From a bacterium (GTDB lineage: Bacteria > UBA8248): a DNA stretch of 64,000 nt. Positions 27,540 to 37,936 of this stretch are shown here, in pieces. The DNA lies in the NCBI GenBank assembly GCA_965221165.1, contig CBDCRP010000003.1, positions 352,001 to 416,000 of the forward strand, written 5' to 3'. Every line of letters starts with the position of its first letter. Position 1 is the stretch's first letter. Below the pieces are notes generated by a model. That model saw nothing but the letters and a program-made list of their open reading frames with translations, had not been told where the DNA came from and made no database searches. A program made the translations under genes and the position numbers.

Positions 27540-28487
27540 TTAAACGACCTCTGGATTCACGATATTCACGGGTTTTTCGCCGGCCAGGGCCAGACGCATG
27601 TTCTCCGCAGTGCGATCCATGGCGGCGACCTGCGTCTCCGGCGTCCGGGAAGCATGGTGCGGGCTGATGATGACGTTCTCCAAACCCCACAAGCCATGGT
27701 CCTTCGGTAAAGGCTCAGGGTCCGTGACGTCAAGCCCCGCGCCGCCCAGGTGGCCGGCGCGCATCACCTCCAGAAGATCACCGCTCACCACGGCGGGGCC
27801 TCTGGAAACGTTGATGAGCATGGCTTCCGGCTTCATTTTCAAGAGATTTTCCTTGTTCATGATGCCCCGCATCTCCGGCGCCAGGGGCATGCACAGAATC
27901 AGGAAATCGGCGCGCGGCAAAAGCGCATCGAAAGAGGAGAACTCGAACTTCGCCTCGGGCACATAGGAGGGGTCCTCCGTTCGCGTATTGATGAGCAGTT
28001 CCATACCGAAACCACTGCCGATGCGCGCCGCCCTGCGGCCGATATCTCCAAGACCCACGATGCCGAGCGATTTTCCGCCCAATTGCACCGCCGGCACGTG
28101 CTCCCAAGTTTCCTGCTCATCGCGCATCCAGGCGTGGCGCGCCAGATACAGCGCCATGAAAAAAGCGTGCTCCGCCACGGAGCGGCCCCGGACGCCCTCT
28201 ACGTTGCAGACCATGACGCCACGCTCATTGGCCGCATCGACATTGATGTTGTCCACGCCTGCACCCGGCTTGGCCACTACCTTGAGATTCGGCGCCATGG
28301 CCATCATCTCGGGCGAGACGGGCCGAAACACCGTGAGTATGCCCTCCGCATCCGGCAACAATGGTTCTATGGCCTCCGGGGTGTATTCGTCCGGCGCGAT
28401 GACCTCGTGCCCCGCGCCCAGCCAATCAGAAGACACGTTCCATGCAGGAGTCGAGTAAAGCGGATCGATCAACACTACTTTCGCCAT
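27540..28487 (-). CDS. D-isomer-specific 2-hydroxyacid dehydrogenase
   Basis: GAGVDNI, GIVGLGDIG, INVSRG, GLDVTDPEP, ISPH. ATG 28487 follows GAGG. Confidence 0.9.
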   Translation of the reverse strand: MAKVVLIDPLYSTPAWNVSSDWLGAGHEVIAPDEYTPEAIEPLLPDAEGILTVFRPVSPEMMAMAPNLKVVAKPGAGVDNINVDAANERGVMVCNVEGVRGRSVAEHAFFMALYLARHAWMRDEQETWEHVPAVQLGGKSLGIVGLGDIGRRAARIGSGFGMELLINTRTEDPSYVPEAKFEFSSFDALLPRADFLILCMPLAPEMRGIMNKENLLKMKPEAMLINVSRGPAVVSGDLLEVMRAGHLGGAGLDVTDPEPLPKDHGLWGLENVIISPHHASRTPETQVAAMDRTAENMRLALAGEKPVNIVNPEVV

Positions 28488-28655
28488 GATGTAAGTCCTC
28501 ATATAAAAATCGCCCGCACTCCCACGGGACGGAAAACACATATCCAGAAAAAGCGGCTCGTGGGCCATCTCGTGGGCCTTAATAACGATTCATTGGTCTA
28601 TGACAGGATTCTGAACCGAGCCTCCCCGCATGGGGGAGTCATCCTTTCTGTTTTT

Positions 28656-29747
28656 TTACCCGATGATCTTGAGCTCAGGCACCGATATGGGCCCTGATGC
28701 GTTGGCGATAGCCACCTGCTCGGCCACCTTTCTGGCGGCCTCGCGAAACGCCCTGGCCGTAGGATGATCGGGCTCTCCCGTTACGACGGGCATGCCGGAA
28801 TCTCCTCCCATCCTCACTTTGATATCGAGTGGAATGGCGCCCAGAAACGGGACTTCATAGCGCTGGGAGGCTTTCTCCCCGCCGCCGGTATCGAAAATGT
28901 TCTCGCGATGCCCACATTCGGGGCACAGGTAGTAGCTCATATTTTCGATGATCCCGAGGATGGGCACGTCGGTTTTCCTGAACATCTGAAGACCCTTGCG
29001 CGCATCGAGCAAAGCGATGTCCTGAGGCGTGCTGACGATAACGGCGCCCGCCAGAGACACCTGCTGCACGATGGTCAATTGCGCGTCGCCGGTGCCGGGA
29101 GGCAAGTCCAGAACCAGGTAGTCGAGTTCCCCCCAAATCGTCTCGCTCAAAAACTGCACCAGCGCCCGCATCACCATAGGGCCGCGCCAGATGACGGGGC
29201 TGTCCTCATCGACCAGAAAACCCATCGACATGACTTTCAGGCCGTGCGCCTCCAGCGGCCTTATCTTGTTCTCCGCTTCGGCGATGGGTTGCGCCTTGGG
29301 AATCCCCAGCATCAGGGGCTGGCTCGGCCCGTAAATATCGGCGTCCAATATCCCCACCTTCGCGCCTTCTCTGCTCAAGGAGAGCGCGATGTTCACCGCC
29401 ACGGTGGACTTGCCCACGCCGCCCTTCCCGCTTGCTATGGCGATGATGTTCTTCACGCCCGCAACGTCCATCTTGCCGGCCATCGAGGGTCGCGTGGTGA
29501 CGTGGCTCGTCACACGGACGTTTACCGTATTCACGTTCCCCAAAGAACCGACGGCCAGCTTGCATTCCTGCTCGAATTCCTCTTTGCGCGGATGCGCAGG
29601 CGTCGTCAACTGCAGCGTGAAGGCGACCGCATCTCCACAAATCTGCACATCCTTGATCATGTTGAGGCTCACGAGGTCTTTTCCGACCTCGGGGTCTCGC
29701 ACCTTCTTCAGAGCCTCTAGAATCTGGGCTTCCGTTGCTTCTGACAT
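28656..29747 (-). CDS. apbC: Mrp/ApbC Fe-S cluster carrier ATPase
   Basis: N-terminal DUF59-like domain, SGKGGVGKST, DADIYGPS, WRGPM, DLPPGTGD, ENMS...CPECG. Confidence 0.95.
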   Translation of the reverse strand: MSEATEAQILEALKKVRDPEVGKDLVSLNMIKDVQICGDAVAFTLQLTTPAHPRKEEFEQECKLAVGSLGNVNTVNVRVTSHVTTRPSMAGKMDVAGVKNIIAIASGKGGVGKSTVAVNIALSLSREGAKVGILDADIYGPSQPLMLGIPKAQPIAEAENKIRPLEAHGLKVMSMGFLVDEDSPVIWRGPMVMRALVQFLSETIWGELDYLVLDLPPGTGDAQLTIVQQVSLAGAVIVSTPQDIALLDARKGLQMFRKTDVPILGIIENMSYYLCPECGHRENIFDTGGGEKASQRYEVPFLGAIPLDIKVRMGGDSGMPVVTGEPDHPTARAFREAARKVAEQVAIANASGPISVPELKIIG

Positions 29748-30044
29748 AAGTGGGATCCTCTAATCGAAAACTGGAAACGCAATGAAAAACCGCTTATCGA
29801 AAAGTATTCTATTCAGACGAACTATTGTCATCTTATCCCCCGGATTTTTTGCACTGTCAAACGTGAAAGGCGCAACCCAATTTTACGAAGGCGCACAAAA
29901 TCGAGAAAAATCCCTTTATTGGTTGACGCATCGGCTCCATCTCATTATTTTTAGGCCGTCTCGTTTTGTTGATTCAGAACACATCCGTGCGCCTCAAGCG
30001 ACCATGACAGATTCAAGCTAGCAAAAACAAGGAGAATCAACCCT

Positions 30045-30845
30045 TTGGATATCATCGTCTGTATCAAGCAAGTACAAGACCCCGACATACCTCCCCGCGA
30101 TTTCAAGGTCGATGAGGAGAAGATGGATGTCATCCCGCCCGCGAACGTATCGCCCGTCATCAACGGCTTTTGCGAGAACGCCGTCGAGGCGGCCATCAAC
30201 CTCAAGGAAGAATACGGTGGAAAAATCACCGTCATGACGCTGGGCGATCAAAAGGCCAGGGATGGCCTAAAAAAATGTCTGGCCATGGGATGCGATGAAG
30301 CCGTATTGCTTCAAGACGATGCCTTTGAGGGTTCCGACGCTTTCGCTACGGCGCGAATTCTGGCGAGCGCCATCCAAAAGCTGGATGGTTTCGACGTCAT
30401 CCTCTGCGGCAGGCTGAGCAGCGACTGGAGCTATGGAACCACCGCCCTCGCCCTCGCCGAAGCGCTTGAGCTTCCCAGCGTAAGCCAGCTTCAGAAAGTG
30501 GAGAAAACCGATGCGAGTCTTCGGTGCGAACGCGCTTTGGAAGACGGAGTGGAGGTCGTGGAAGTTTCGACCCCGTGCCTGCTCACCGCCAGCAACGAGA
30601 TCAACACGCCTCGCCTGCCCTCGGTCAAAGGCATCTTGATGGCGTCGCGCAAGCAAATTCCCGTCTGGGGCGTGGCGGACATCGGCATAGACCCCGCTTC
30701 GGTCGGAAAAGAGGCGGCTACTTTTGAAATCACTAAATTCTACAAACCCGTGTTTGACGGAAATTGTGAATTCATCGAAGGCGAATCACTCGAAGAAGCA
30801 GCCGGCACCCTGGCGCTTCGTCTTCGTGAAGACAAAATTATTTAA
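30045..30845 (+). CDS. etfB: Electron transfer flavoprotein beta subunit
   Basis: IIVCIKQV.D, AVEAA..LKE, LAMG.D, NTPRLPS. TTG start after AAGGAG. Confidence 0.93.
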   Translation: MDIIVCIKQVQDPDIPPRDFKVDEEKMDVIPPANVSPVINGFCENAVEAAINLKEEYGGKITVMTLGDQKARDGLKKCLAMGCDEAVLLQDDAFEGSDAFATARILASAIQKLDGFDVILCGRLSSDWSYGTTALALAEALELPSVSQLQKVEKTDASLRCERALEDGVEVVEVSTPCLLTASNEINTPRLPSVKGILMASRKQIPVWGVADIGIDPASVGKEAATFEITKFYKPVFDGNCEFIEGESLEEAAGTLALRLREDKII

Positions 30846-30863
30846 GGGAGAAAGAACAACGCC

Positions 30864-31856
30864 ATGTCGAACAACGTCCTCATTTTAACCGAGCGCGCAG
30901 GGGACAAGCTGGCGCTCGTGAGCAGTGAGCTTTGTGGAATCGGCCGAAAACTCGCCGATGAAAAAGGGGGTTCTCTGGTGGCCCTTCTCCTCGGCGGCTC
31001 CGGCACCCAGGAGTTGGCAAAAGGCCTCATCGCTCTGGGGGCCGACAAGGTGCTGGCGGCCGAATCGGATATTCTGGAAGGCTATACCAATGCGGCGTAC
31101 TTGAAAGTAATCGATGCCGCTATAGCAGAAGAGAGCCCGATCATTTTTCTGGTCGCCAATACCTCTACGGGGCGGGATGTAGCCCCCAGGCTCGCTTTCA
31201 GACATGGCGCCAGCTACGCGCACGACTGCACGGACCTGATGATTGAGGATGGCGCACTCGCCGCCGTTCGCCCTGTGCACGGGGGCAGCGCCATCAGCCA
31301 CATCCGATCAAAAACGGATTCCCTCTCCATCGCATCCACACGCGCGAAAGCCCTTCCGCTGGCCGATATAGAAGAGGGCCGCGAGGGTGAGTTCATGGAA
31401 ATCAGCGTTTCGGTGGATGCCGACGAAATTCGAATGAATTTCGTAGAAGCGAAAAAAATAGAAGCCGAAGGCGTCCGCTTGGAAGATGCGGAAATCGTGG
31501 TGAGCGGTGGTCGCGGCCTGGGAGGTCCTGAGAATTTTGAATATCTCCAAGAACTCGCCAAGGTTCTCAAAGCAGCCGTGGGTGCGAGCCGCGCCGCCGT
31601 CGACGCCGGCTGGGTGCCGACGCCCATGCAAGTGGGCCAAACGGGCAAGATTGTGAGCCCCAATCTCTACATCGCCGTCGGCATCTCCGGCGCCATGCAG
31701 CACATGGTCGGCGCCGGGCCGAGCAAAAACATCGTGGCCATCAACACGGACGCCGAAGCGCCCATCTTCCAGCGCGCGCGCTACGGCATCGTGGGAGACT
31801 ACAAAAAAGTCATCCCCGCCCTGACGGAGAAATGCAAGGAATTGATGGATTCCTGA
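30864..31856 (+). CDS. etfA: Electron transfer flavoprotein alpha subunit
   Basis: [51 protein letters not shown]. Confidence 0.95.
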   Translation: MSNNVLILTERAGDKLALVSSELCGIGRKLADEKGGSLVALLLGGSGTQELAKGLIALGADKVLAAESDILEGYTNAAYLKVIDAAIAEESPIIFLVANTSTGRDVAPRLAFRHGASYAHDCTDLMIEDGALAAVRPVHGGSAISHIRSKTDSLSIASTRAKALPLADIEEGREGEFMEISVSVDADEIRMNFVEAKKIEAEGVRLEDAEIVVSGGRGLGGPENFEYLQELAKVLKAAVGASRAAVDAGWVPTPMQVGQTGKIVSPNLYIAVGISGAMQHMVGAGPSKNIVAINTDAEAPIFQRARYGIVGDYKKVIPALTEKCKELMDS

Positions 31857-31859
31857 CTT

Positions 31860-32594
31860 TCAGGCGAGCGGCTGATAGGCCCAGACGACACGGCCCACGA
31901 TTCGATCGGCAGGCTCTTCTCCACCCAAATCGATATGAGTGACCATCTCTTCGCGATTCTCCGGCACCAGCCATAGACGAGGCGGGGTCCACTGCAACCG
32001 CTTGAGCGTACACCCGCCGGATTCATCCCGAACGGCGTAAATGCCATCCGAAACGATCGCCTTGTCACGACGATCGATGACGACCACGGCGCCCGGCTGT
32101 ATCAGGGGAACCATGCTCCGCCCCATTTCCCTGTCCACCCGAACCGAGACCAAGTCTCCTCGCCCGGCGATCTGGGAGACGTGGATGAGTGCATACTCCT
32201 CGACTTCTTCATCCACGATTCTGGCGCTGCCCGCCGCAATGGAACCCGACACCAAAGGCACGGCGCGAAATTCCGTATCACTCACCTTGCCCGGCGTCTG
32301 CACATTATCGCTCACGCTCAAAGCGACATCCAAAGGCCCGACGCCAGGCACTTCCTGCACGCCGGTTCGGCCCAACAACCAATCGCTGGACACATCGAGC
32401 ACCTTGGCGATTTCAAAAAGTTTACTCGCGCTAGGCTCGTTTTGGCCCTGCTCATACCGGGTGAGATTCGCCCAGGTGACCCCTGCGGTACGCGCCAATT
32501 GGTTGCGGTTCAATCCCTTGCGCTCACGCGCGCGCGCAATGCGGCGTCCTAGTTCGAGCGCATACTCCGATCGGGGTTTGGGGGGCTCGGGCAT
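31860..32594 (-). CDS. XRE/CI-like repressor with C-terminal S24 peptidase domain
   Basis: HTH (YEQGQNEPS...IAKVLDVSSDWLLG), IAAG cleavage-site region, Ser (GRSMVP) and Lys (TLKRL) dyad, IVGRVVW. Confidence 0.88.
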   Translation of the reverse strand: MPEPPKPRSEYALELGRRIARARERKGLNRNQLARTAGVTWANLTRYEQGQNEPSASKLFEIAKVLDVSSDWLLGRTGVQEVPGVGPLDVALSVSDNVQTPGKVSDTEFRAVPLVSGSIAAGSARIVDEEVEEYALIHVSQIAGRGDLVSVRVDREMGRSMVPLIQPGAVVVIDRRDKAIVSDGIYAVRDESGGCTLKRLQWTPPRLWLVPENREEMVTHIDLGGEEPADRIVGRVVWAYQPLA

Positions 32595-32730
32595 AGGCTT
32601 TGTGGAGGGCTGAAAAATTCCCCTCCCCGGGGCGGATGTCGCAGATAGACACCTAGCCTATCACATTTTGGCCATTCATCGAAAAGACGGGGTCCTTGCC
32701 AGAAAGTGCACAAGGACCCCGGAGCATGGA

Positions 32731-33420
32731 CTAATCGTCAAGAACCGCCACGGCGCGGACGGGGCTTCCCGTACCCTCGCGGAATTTCAGAGGCAGGGAA
32801 ATAAACTGGAATTCTCCCTTGCCCAGCAGCGCTTCTAAGTTGCACAGGCTTTCCAGATGGGTAATCCCCCTCTCCCAGCAGGTTTTGTGCACCAGAGCGT
32901 TGATGTCTCCTTCGGGACCGGGACGCATGGAATCGATTCCGAAATGGACGATCCCCTGATCCGCCAGCCATTCGGTGGCCTCGATATTGACGCCCGGATT
33001 ATCCGTTCCATACGCCTTAGTGGGGAACGTACGGGCATGATGGCCCGTGCAAAGCAGAACCGTACCGCCCTCGGGAATCGAGAGGCCGGTCTTCTTCACC
33101 GCTTCATCGAGGTCGTTCGAGCTGATTTCCGCCCTGGGCTCGATGTGCTGCAAATCGATGCAAATGCCGCGGACGATGCAGTTCTCGAGCGGATACTCGT
33201 TCATCGGCGTCGCATCCTGGTGAAAATGGCGCGGAGCGTCGAGATGCGTGGTGCCGTGCTCTGGCATGGTGACGAAGTTCAGGGCGTTCCCCCAGACATT
33301 GCCCGAGTCCTTGAAGGCCTCTTCATGATTTTTCCACTCGGCGTACAGAATGGGCGGCTGGCCCGGATATGCGGGTGTGCGGTGATAAATCTCTCGTGAA
33401 AGGTCAACGATGGTAGCCAT
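32731..33420 (-). CDS. Cyclase / kynurenine formamidase family protein
   Basis: IVDLS, EHGTTHLDAPRH, GID, HLESL.NL, GTGSPVRAVA. AGGAG RBS. Confidence 0.88.
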   Translation of the reverse strand: MATIVDLSREIYHRTPAYPGQPPILYAEWKNHEEAFKDSGNVWGNALNFVTMPEHGTTHLDAPRHFHQDATPMNEYPLENCIVRGICIDLQHIEPRAEISSNDLDEAVKKTGLSIPEGGTVLLCTGHHARTFPTKAYGTDNPGVNIEATEWLADQGIVHFGIDSMRPGPEGDINALVHKTCWERGITHLESLCNLEALLGKGEFQFISLPLKFREGTGSPVRAVAVLDD

Positions 33421-33440
33421 AGAATTTTTCTCCTTTTCGC

Positions 33441-34682
33441 CTAAACAGTACAACGCAATATATGCAGTCCATGGTTCTTGTCCGTCACGTAAATAAACCC
33501 CCGCCTGTCCACGATCACGTCCTCGCTCTGGGTGACGAGCGTTTTGGGCAGCATGCCGAGGCGCTTCGTCGGGTCGGCAGGTATATAGTGCGCGATCTCG
33601 CGTGGGTGGATGGGCTCTGAAATATCATAGACCCGAAGACCCGCATTGAAATACGTCAGATAAACGCGGTCTTCCCTTTGTTCGAGACAGTCGAGCCCCT
33701 GGGAGTGGTGCTGATTGTGCGGGCCGAATCGTCCGCCGCGCTCACAGAAACTCTTGTGGGAATAACCGGGCGGCGGCTCGGGAACCGGGAAGAGAGTCAT
33801 GAGCCTCGGATCCGCCTCATCTTTGATGTCGACTATCGCCGTGTAGTTGAGCGGCTCGTCACAATTCTCCTTGAGCGCCTCGCTGTTGATGTTGGCGAAT
33901 CCCCGCTTGAGGTAAGGATACGCCGTGTGCACGGCGATGGCGCTGCCAAGCGGCGGGTAGACGTTGAAGCGGCTGATGAGTTTGGGGCTGGATATGTCCT
34001 CTATGTCCGCGATGACGAACCCGCCGCGCGCATAAGGCAAATATGCCCGCCCGTTTTCGGCATGAGCGGGCCCGTGCTGAAACACGCGCATCCCCTCGCT
34101 CCAGTCCTCCGAGCTGTCGGCCTCGCTCCCCTCTTGCTCGGGCAGCCAGAAGCGGCCCGCTTCCTTGGGGTTTCTGGGATCGGCCAAATCCAGAATGCGG
34201 TAGATGTTCCCCTCATAGCCGGGCGCATATGCGGACAAGTGGGCATAGCGCCCGCCGTTGTAAAAATTCCTGTGCGTTCCGTCGTCCCCCGTCTGCCAGT
34301 GCGAGATAAGCTCCGGATCGGCCGGGTCTTTTTTCACGTCCCAGATGTAGACGCCCTCGGCTTCGGGCGGGTCTTGGGGCCTCGGCCCCCAGCCCGGGGG
34401 AATTTTCTCCATAGAGGTGATGAGCAGGCCATCCGCCACCTGCACCTGCAGCGTCCAGGTATTGTCGGGACCTTCGATGAACTTGAGGAGTTTCGGATCC
34501 GCAGGCTCCGTCACGTCGAGAACGCTCCAGCCGCTCTCCCAGAAATGCGAGAGATACAGATAAAAGCGTCCATCTACTTCCTGAACCGCCGTCTTGAAGG
34601 CGGGCCGATCCCCTAAGTCGTGATAGCCGACCAACTCCATATTTTCAGATCTGATTGCCGCAGGCGCTTGCGCGAGACTCAT
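33441..34682 (-). CDS. LVIVD-repeat beta-propeller protein
   Basis: Repeated xxxDVxxPxxP units, RFGPHN, YFNAGLRVYDI, DKNHGLHIL. Confidence 0.8.
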   Translation of the reverse strand: MSLAQAPAAIRSENMELVGYHDLGDRPAFKTAVQEVDGRFYLYLSHFWESGWSVLDVTEPADPKLLKFIEGPDNTWTLQVQVADGLLITSMEKIPPGWGPRPQDPPEAEGVYIWDVKKDPADPELISHWQTGDDGTHRNFYNGGRYAHLSAYAPGYEGNIYRILDLADPRNPKEAGRFWLPEQEGSEADSSEDWSEGMRVFQHGPAHAENGRAYLPYARGGFVIADIEDISSPKLISRFNVYPPLGSAIAVHTAYPYLKRGFANINSEALKENCDEPLNYTAIVDIKDEADPRLMTLFPVPEPPPGYSHKSFCERGGRFGPHNQHHSQGLDCLEQREDRVYLTYFNAGLRVYDISEPIHPREIAHYIPADPTKRLGMLPKTLVTQSEDVIVDRRGFIYVTDKNHGLHILRCTV

Positions 34683-34879
34683 GGCATCCTCACAAATATG
34701 TTCTATTTGACTTTTCACCATTCTTGCCAAAGAGAATTCTTATCGAATCCATGTCGGAACCATGCCTTATGTACCCCAGTAGCGCATGGTGGTAAAGTCC
34801 TTGAACGACTTTGGAACACCCAAACCGGAAAACACAACGCAGACGCTTTTCTCGAAAACGCAGTATGAGGCGGAGAAAA

Positions 34880-35644
34880 ATGACCTCACCCGGCGTGGAT
34901 TTAAGCGGCAAGACAGCCTGCATCACAGGCGGCGGCCAGGGGCTCGGCGCTTCGTTGGCCATCGGTCTTGCTGAGGCGGGCGCGGATGTCGTCCTCATCG
35001 GCAGGCGGCCGGAACCGATGGTGGAAACTGCGAAAGAATGCGAGAAATTCGGCGTCCGGGTCATGCCCGCCGTTTGCGACATCACGAATTCGGCTCGGGT
35101 GAGCGCCTTGTTCGAGCAAGTCAACAAGGAACTCGTCGGTCCACACATTCTCATCAACAACGCGGGCGTTTCGCTCCCCAGCCCGATTCTCGAGATGACG
35201 AACGAAATCTGGCGCGAGACCATCGATTTGAATCTGAGCGGCATGTTCTATTGCTGCCGCGCGGCGGTGCGCTACATGCTCGAGGCGGGGGGAGGCAAAA
35301 TCATCAATCTCGGCTCGAGCGCAGGCAGCCGGGGCCGCCCGAATCAGGTGGCCTATGCGGCGTCAAAAGCAGGCGTCCGGGGTTTCACCGAGGCGCTCGC
35401 CGTCGAGCTTGCGGAGAAAAACATTCAGGTGAACTGCATCGCGCCGGGCCGCTTCCCGACCCCGATGACGGTCGAGCGCATCGCCGATCCGGCGCAAAGC
35501 GAGGCGTTCCTGCGCTTCGTCCCCATGAAGCGTTATGGCGAGCCTGAAGAAATACGGCCCCTCGTCGTCTACCTTTGCGGCCCCCAGAGCAACTTCATGA
35601 CCGGGCAGACGGTATATCTCGACGGCGGCAGCAGCGCGCTCTAG
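34880..35644 (+). CDS. SDR-family oxidoreductase (KduD/gluconate 5-dehydrogenase-like)
   Basis: TGGGQGLG, NNAG, YAASK, VNCIAPG.F.TPM. Confidence 0.9.
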   Translation: MTSPGVDLSGKTACITGGGQGLGASLAIGLAEAGADVVLIGRRPEPMVETAKECEKFGVRVMPAVCDITNSARVSALFEQVNKELVGPHILINNAGVSLPSPILEMTNEIWRETIDLNLSGMFYCCRAAVRYMLEAGGGKIINLGSSAGSRGRPNQVAYAASKAGVRGFTEALAVELAEKNIQVNCIAPGRFPTPMTVERIADPAQSEAFLRFVPMKRYGEPEEIRPLVVYLCGPQSNFMTGQTVYLDGGSSAL

Positions 35645-36435
35645 GGTCTCACCACGTCGCATCGCCCGCCGTCCACGTTGATGGATTCCCCCGTGATGTT
35701 CGAAGCCAGGTCGGAGACCAGAAACAATACGGCGTTCGCGCAATCCTCGGCCCGCGTGAGGCGGCCCATGGGCAATTCGGCGCGCCTTTCGGCGTCCACT
35801 TCCTCATATGTGCGATTCGTCAACTCGGCTATTCTCGTCGTCTGCCGGACATATCTCGGAGTGTCCGTCGTTCCGGGGTTGATGAGGTTCACCCGGATGC
35901 TCTCGGGCGCGAGCCTGCGGGCGAGCTGATGCTTGTAGGCGGACAAGCCTGCGTTCGATATGCAGCCCGAGCCATGGTATTCCGAGGTGTGCACATGGCT
36001 CAGTCCCGAGAAATAGACGATGACGCCCGCGCCCCGTTTTCTCATCTGCGGAATCGCGGCCTTCGTCAAGCGGATGGCGGCGCGGAGTTTGAGGCCGATG
36101 GCGAGGTCGATGTCATCGTCCGTCGTATCTATCGGGTCGGAGCGCCGGCTCACGCCTGCGGCGTTGATCAGAAAATCGATTCCGCCCAGGCGGGCGCAGG
36201 TTTCCTCGACCACGCGCTCGGTATGGCCCGAGGCGGTGAGGTCGCCCGCCATCACCTCCGCGCGTCCCCCGGCGGCGATTATCGCAGAAGCGGTCTGCTT
36301 CAAATTCTCCTCGTTTCGAGCCGCGAGGGCGACGGAGGCTCCCGCCCGCGCCAGCACTCTTGCGCACGCCTGTCCGATGCCCTGGCTCGAACCCGTCACC
36401 AGGGCGATCTTTCCGCTCAAATCTATGCTGATCAT
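35641..36435 (-). CDS. SDR-family oxidoreductase with atypical active site
   Basis: TGSSQGIG, INAAG, VNLINPG.TDT, ITGESINVDGG. YxxxK is replaced by GCISN. Confidence 0.85.
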   Translation of the reverse strand: MISIDLSGKIALVTGSSQGIGQACARVLARAGASVALAARNEENLKQTASAIIAAGGRAEVMAGDLTASGHTERVVEETCARLGGIDFLINAAGVSRRSDPIDTTDDDIDLAIGLKLRAAIRLTKAAIPQMRKRGAGVIVYFSGLSHVHTSEYHGSGCISNAGLSAYKHQLARRLAPESIRVNLINPGTTDTPRYVRQTTRIAELTNRTYEEVDAERRAELPMGRLTRAEDCANAVLFLVSDLASNITGESINVDGGRCDVVRP

Positions 36436-36614
36436 CGATTCCCCTTTCTTGTCGATCCGTTCATACTCGAATCTGCGTCGGCGCCGGGTGAAGACAAAAC
36501 GCGAACCTCGAAGACCATCGCCCGGCGCTGGATTTTCATGACGATTTTCCTTATACACCACTTGTCCTTCGGCGACATTCCCGGCGGCGTTCATATCTAT
36601 AGAGGCGATACTTC

Positions 36615-37853
36615 ATGACGAAGAAAAGCATCTCGAACCTGGACGTGCGCGGTAAGCGCGTGCTGATGCGGGTGGACTTCAACGTCCCCCAGGACGAGAG
36701 AGGCCTCATCGCCGATGATCGCAGAATCCGCATGGCGCTTCCCACGATAAACCACATACTGGATGGTGGAGGCCGCCTCATTCTCATGAGCCATCTCGGA
36801 CGCCCGACGGGAGAAGGCCCACCAGCCGATAGCAAATGGACGCTCAGGCCCGTCGCCGAACGCCTGGAGAAACTTCTGGGCAAAAGCGTCGTTTTTTCGG
36901 AAAACTGCGTGGGACCCGCGGCCGAGAGCGCAGCAGCCGCGCTGGGAGACGGGGAATGTTGCCTCCTCGAAAACTTGCGCTTTCACAAGGCCGAGCAGAT
37001 CAAGGATAAGGCGGCGGCCCAGGATGAAGCGCTAAGAGCGGAAAAAGACACCTTCGCGCAAGGGCTGGCGTCTTTGGCCGACGTTTATGTGAACGACGCC
37101 TTCGGCACCTGCCACCGCGACAACGCGAGCATGCTCACCGTACCGGGGATGATGGCGGGCAAACCCCGCGTCACGGGATTCTTGCTGACCAAGGAGCTTC
37201 AATACCTCGGCGGAGCGCTGAACGAACCGATGAGGCCTTTCCTCGCCATCATCGGGGGAAAGAAAGTCTCCGATAAAATGATGGTCATAGAAGCCCTTTT
37301 GAGCAAATGCGACCGGGTGCTCATCGGCGGGGCCATGGTGTATACGTTCATGAAGGCGAACGGCAAAAACACGGGCGCGAGCCTCGTGGAGGAAGACAAA
37401 CTCGACGTGGCCGCGCGGCTGCAATCCCTAGGCGGTGAGAAACTCGTTTTACCCACGGACGTCGTCGCAGCGCGCGCCATCGAGAAAGGAGCGGAATTCG
37501 AGGTTTTTCAGGGAGAAATCCCGGATGGCCTGATGGGTCTCGACATCGGCCCCGAATCCGCACGTCGGTTTTCTGGAATGATCGCAGAGGCGAAAACCAT
37601 CGTCTGGAACGGCCCCATGGGCGTTTTCGAGGTCAAGCCGTTCGATACGGGCACTTTCACCGTCGCGCACGCCCTCGCGGAGGCGACGAAAAACGGCGCC
37701 ACGACCGTCATCGGCGGCGGCGACAGCGCTGCGGCCATCGAGATGGCCGGGTTGAGCGAGAAAGTGACCCACGTGAGCACGGGCGGTGGAGCGAGCCTCG
37801 AGTTCATGGAGGGAAAAACGTTTCAGGCCGTCGAAATTCTGGATGATTTGTAG
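36615..37853 (+). CDS. pgk: Phosphoglycerate kinase
   Basis: RVDFNVP, SHLGRP, LLENLRFH, NDAFGT.HR, WNGPMGVFE, GGGDS, STGGGASLE. Confidence 0.97.
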   Translation: MTKKSISNLDVRGKRVLMRVDFNVPQDERGLIADDRRIRMALPTINHILDGGGRLILMSHLGRPTGEGPPADSKWTLRPVAERLEKLLGKSVVFSENCVGPAAESAAAALGDGECCLLENLRFHKAEQIKDKAAAQDEALRAEKDTFAQGLASLADVYVNDAFGTCHRDNASMLTVPGMMAGKPRVTGFLLTKELQYLGGALNEPMRPFLAIIGGKKVSDKMMVIEALLSKCDRVLIGGAMVYTFMKANGKNTGASLVEEDKLDVAARLQSLGGEKLVLPTDVVAARAIEKGAEFEVFQGEIPDGLMGLDIGPESARRFSGMIAEAKTIVWNGPMGVFEVKPFDTGTFTVAHALAEATKNGATTVIGGGDSAAAIEMAGLSEKVTHVSTGGGASLEFMEGKTFQAVEILDDL

Positions 37854-37936
37854 ACGAACCCCGCGCGGATACCGCATAATCGTCTCGCAAGTACGAGGTT
37901 TTCGGGTCTTCAAGCTGCTTTTAAGGGTGCGACCGG

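Noticed and set aside
31860-32730. Prophage at the CI-like repressor
   Set aside because: No integrase, cro, replication or structural genes. The flanks are metabolic genes.
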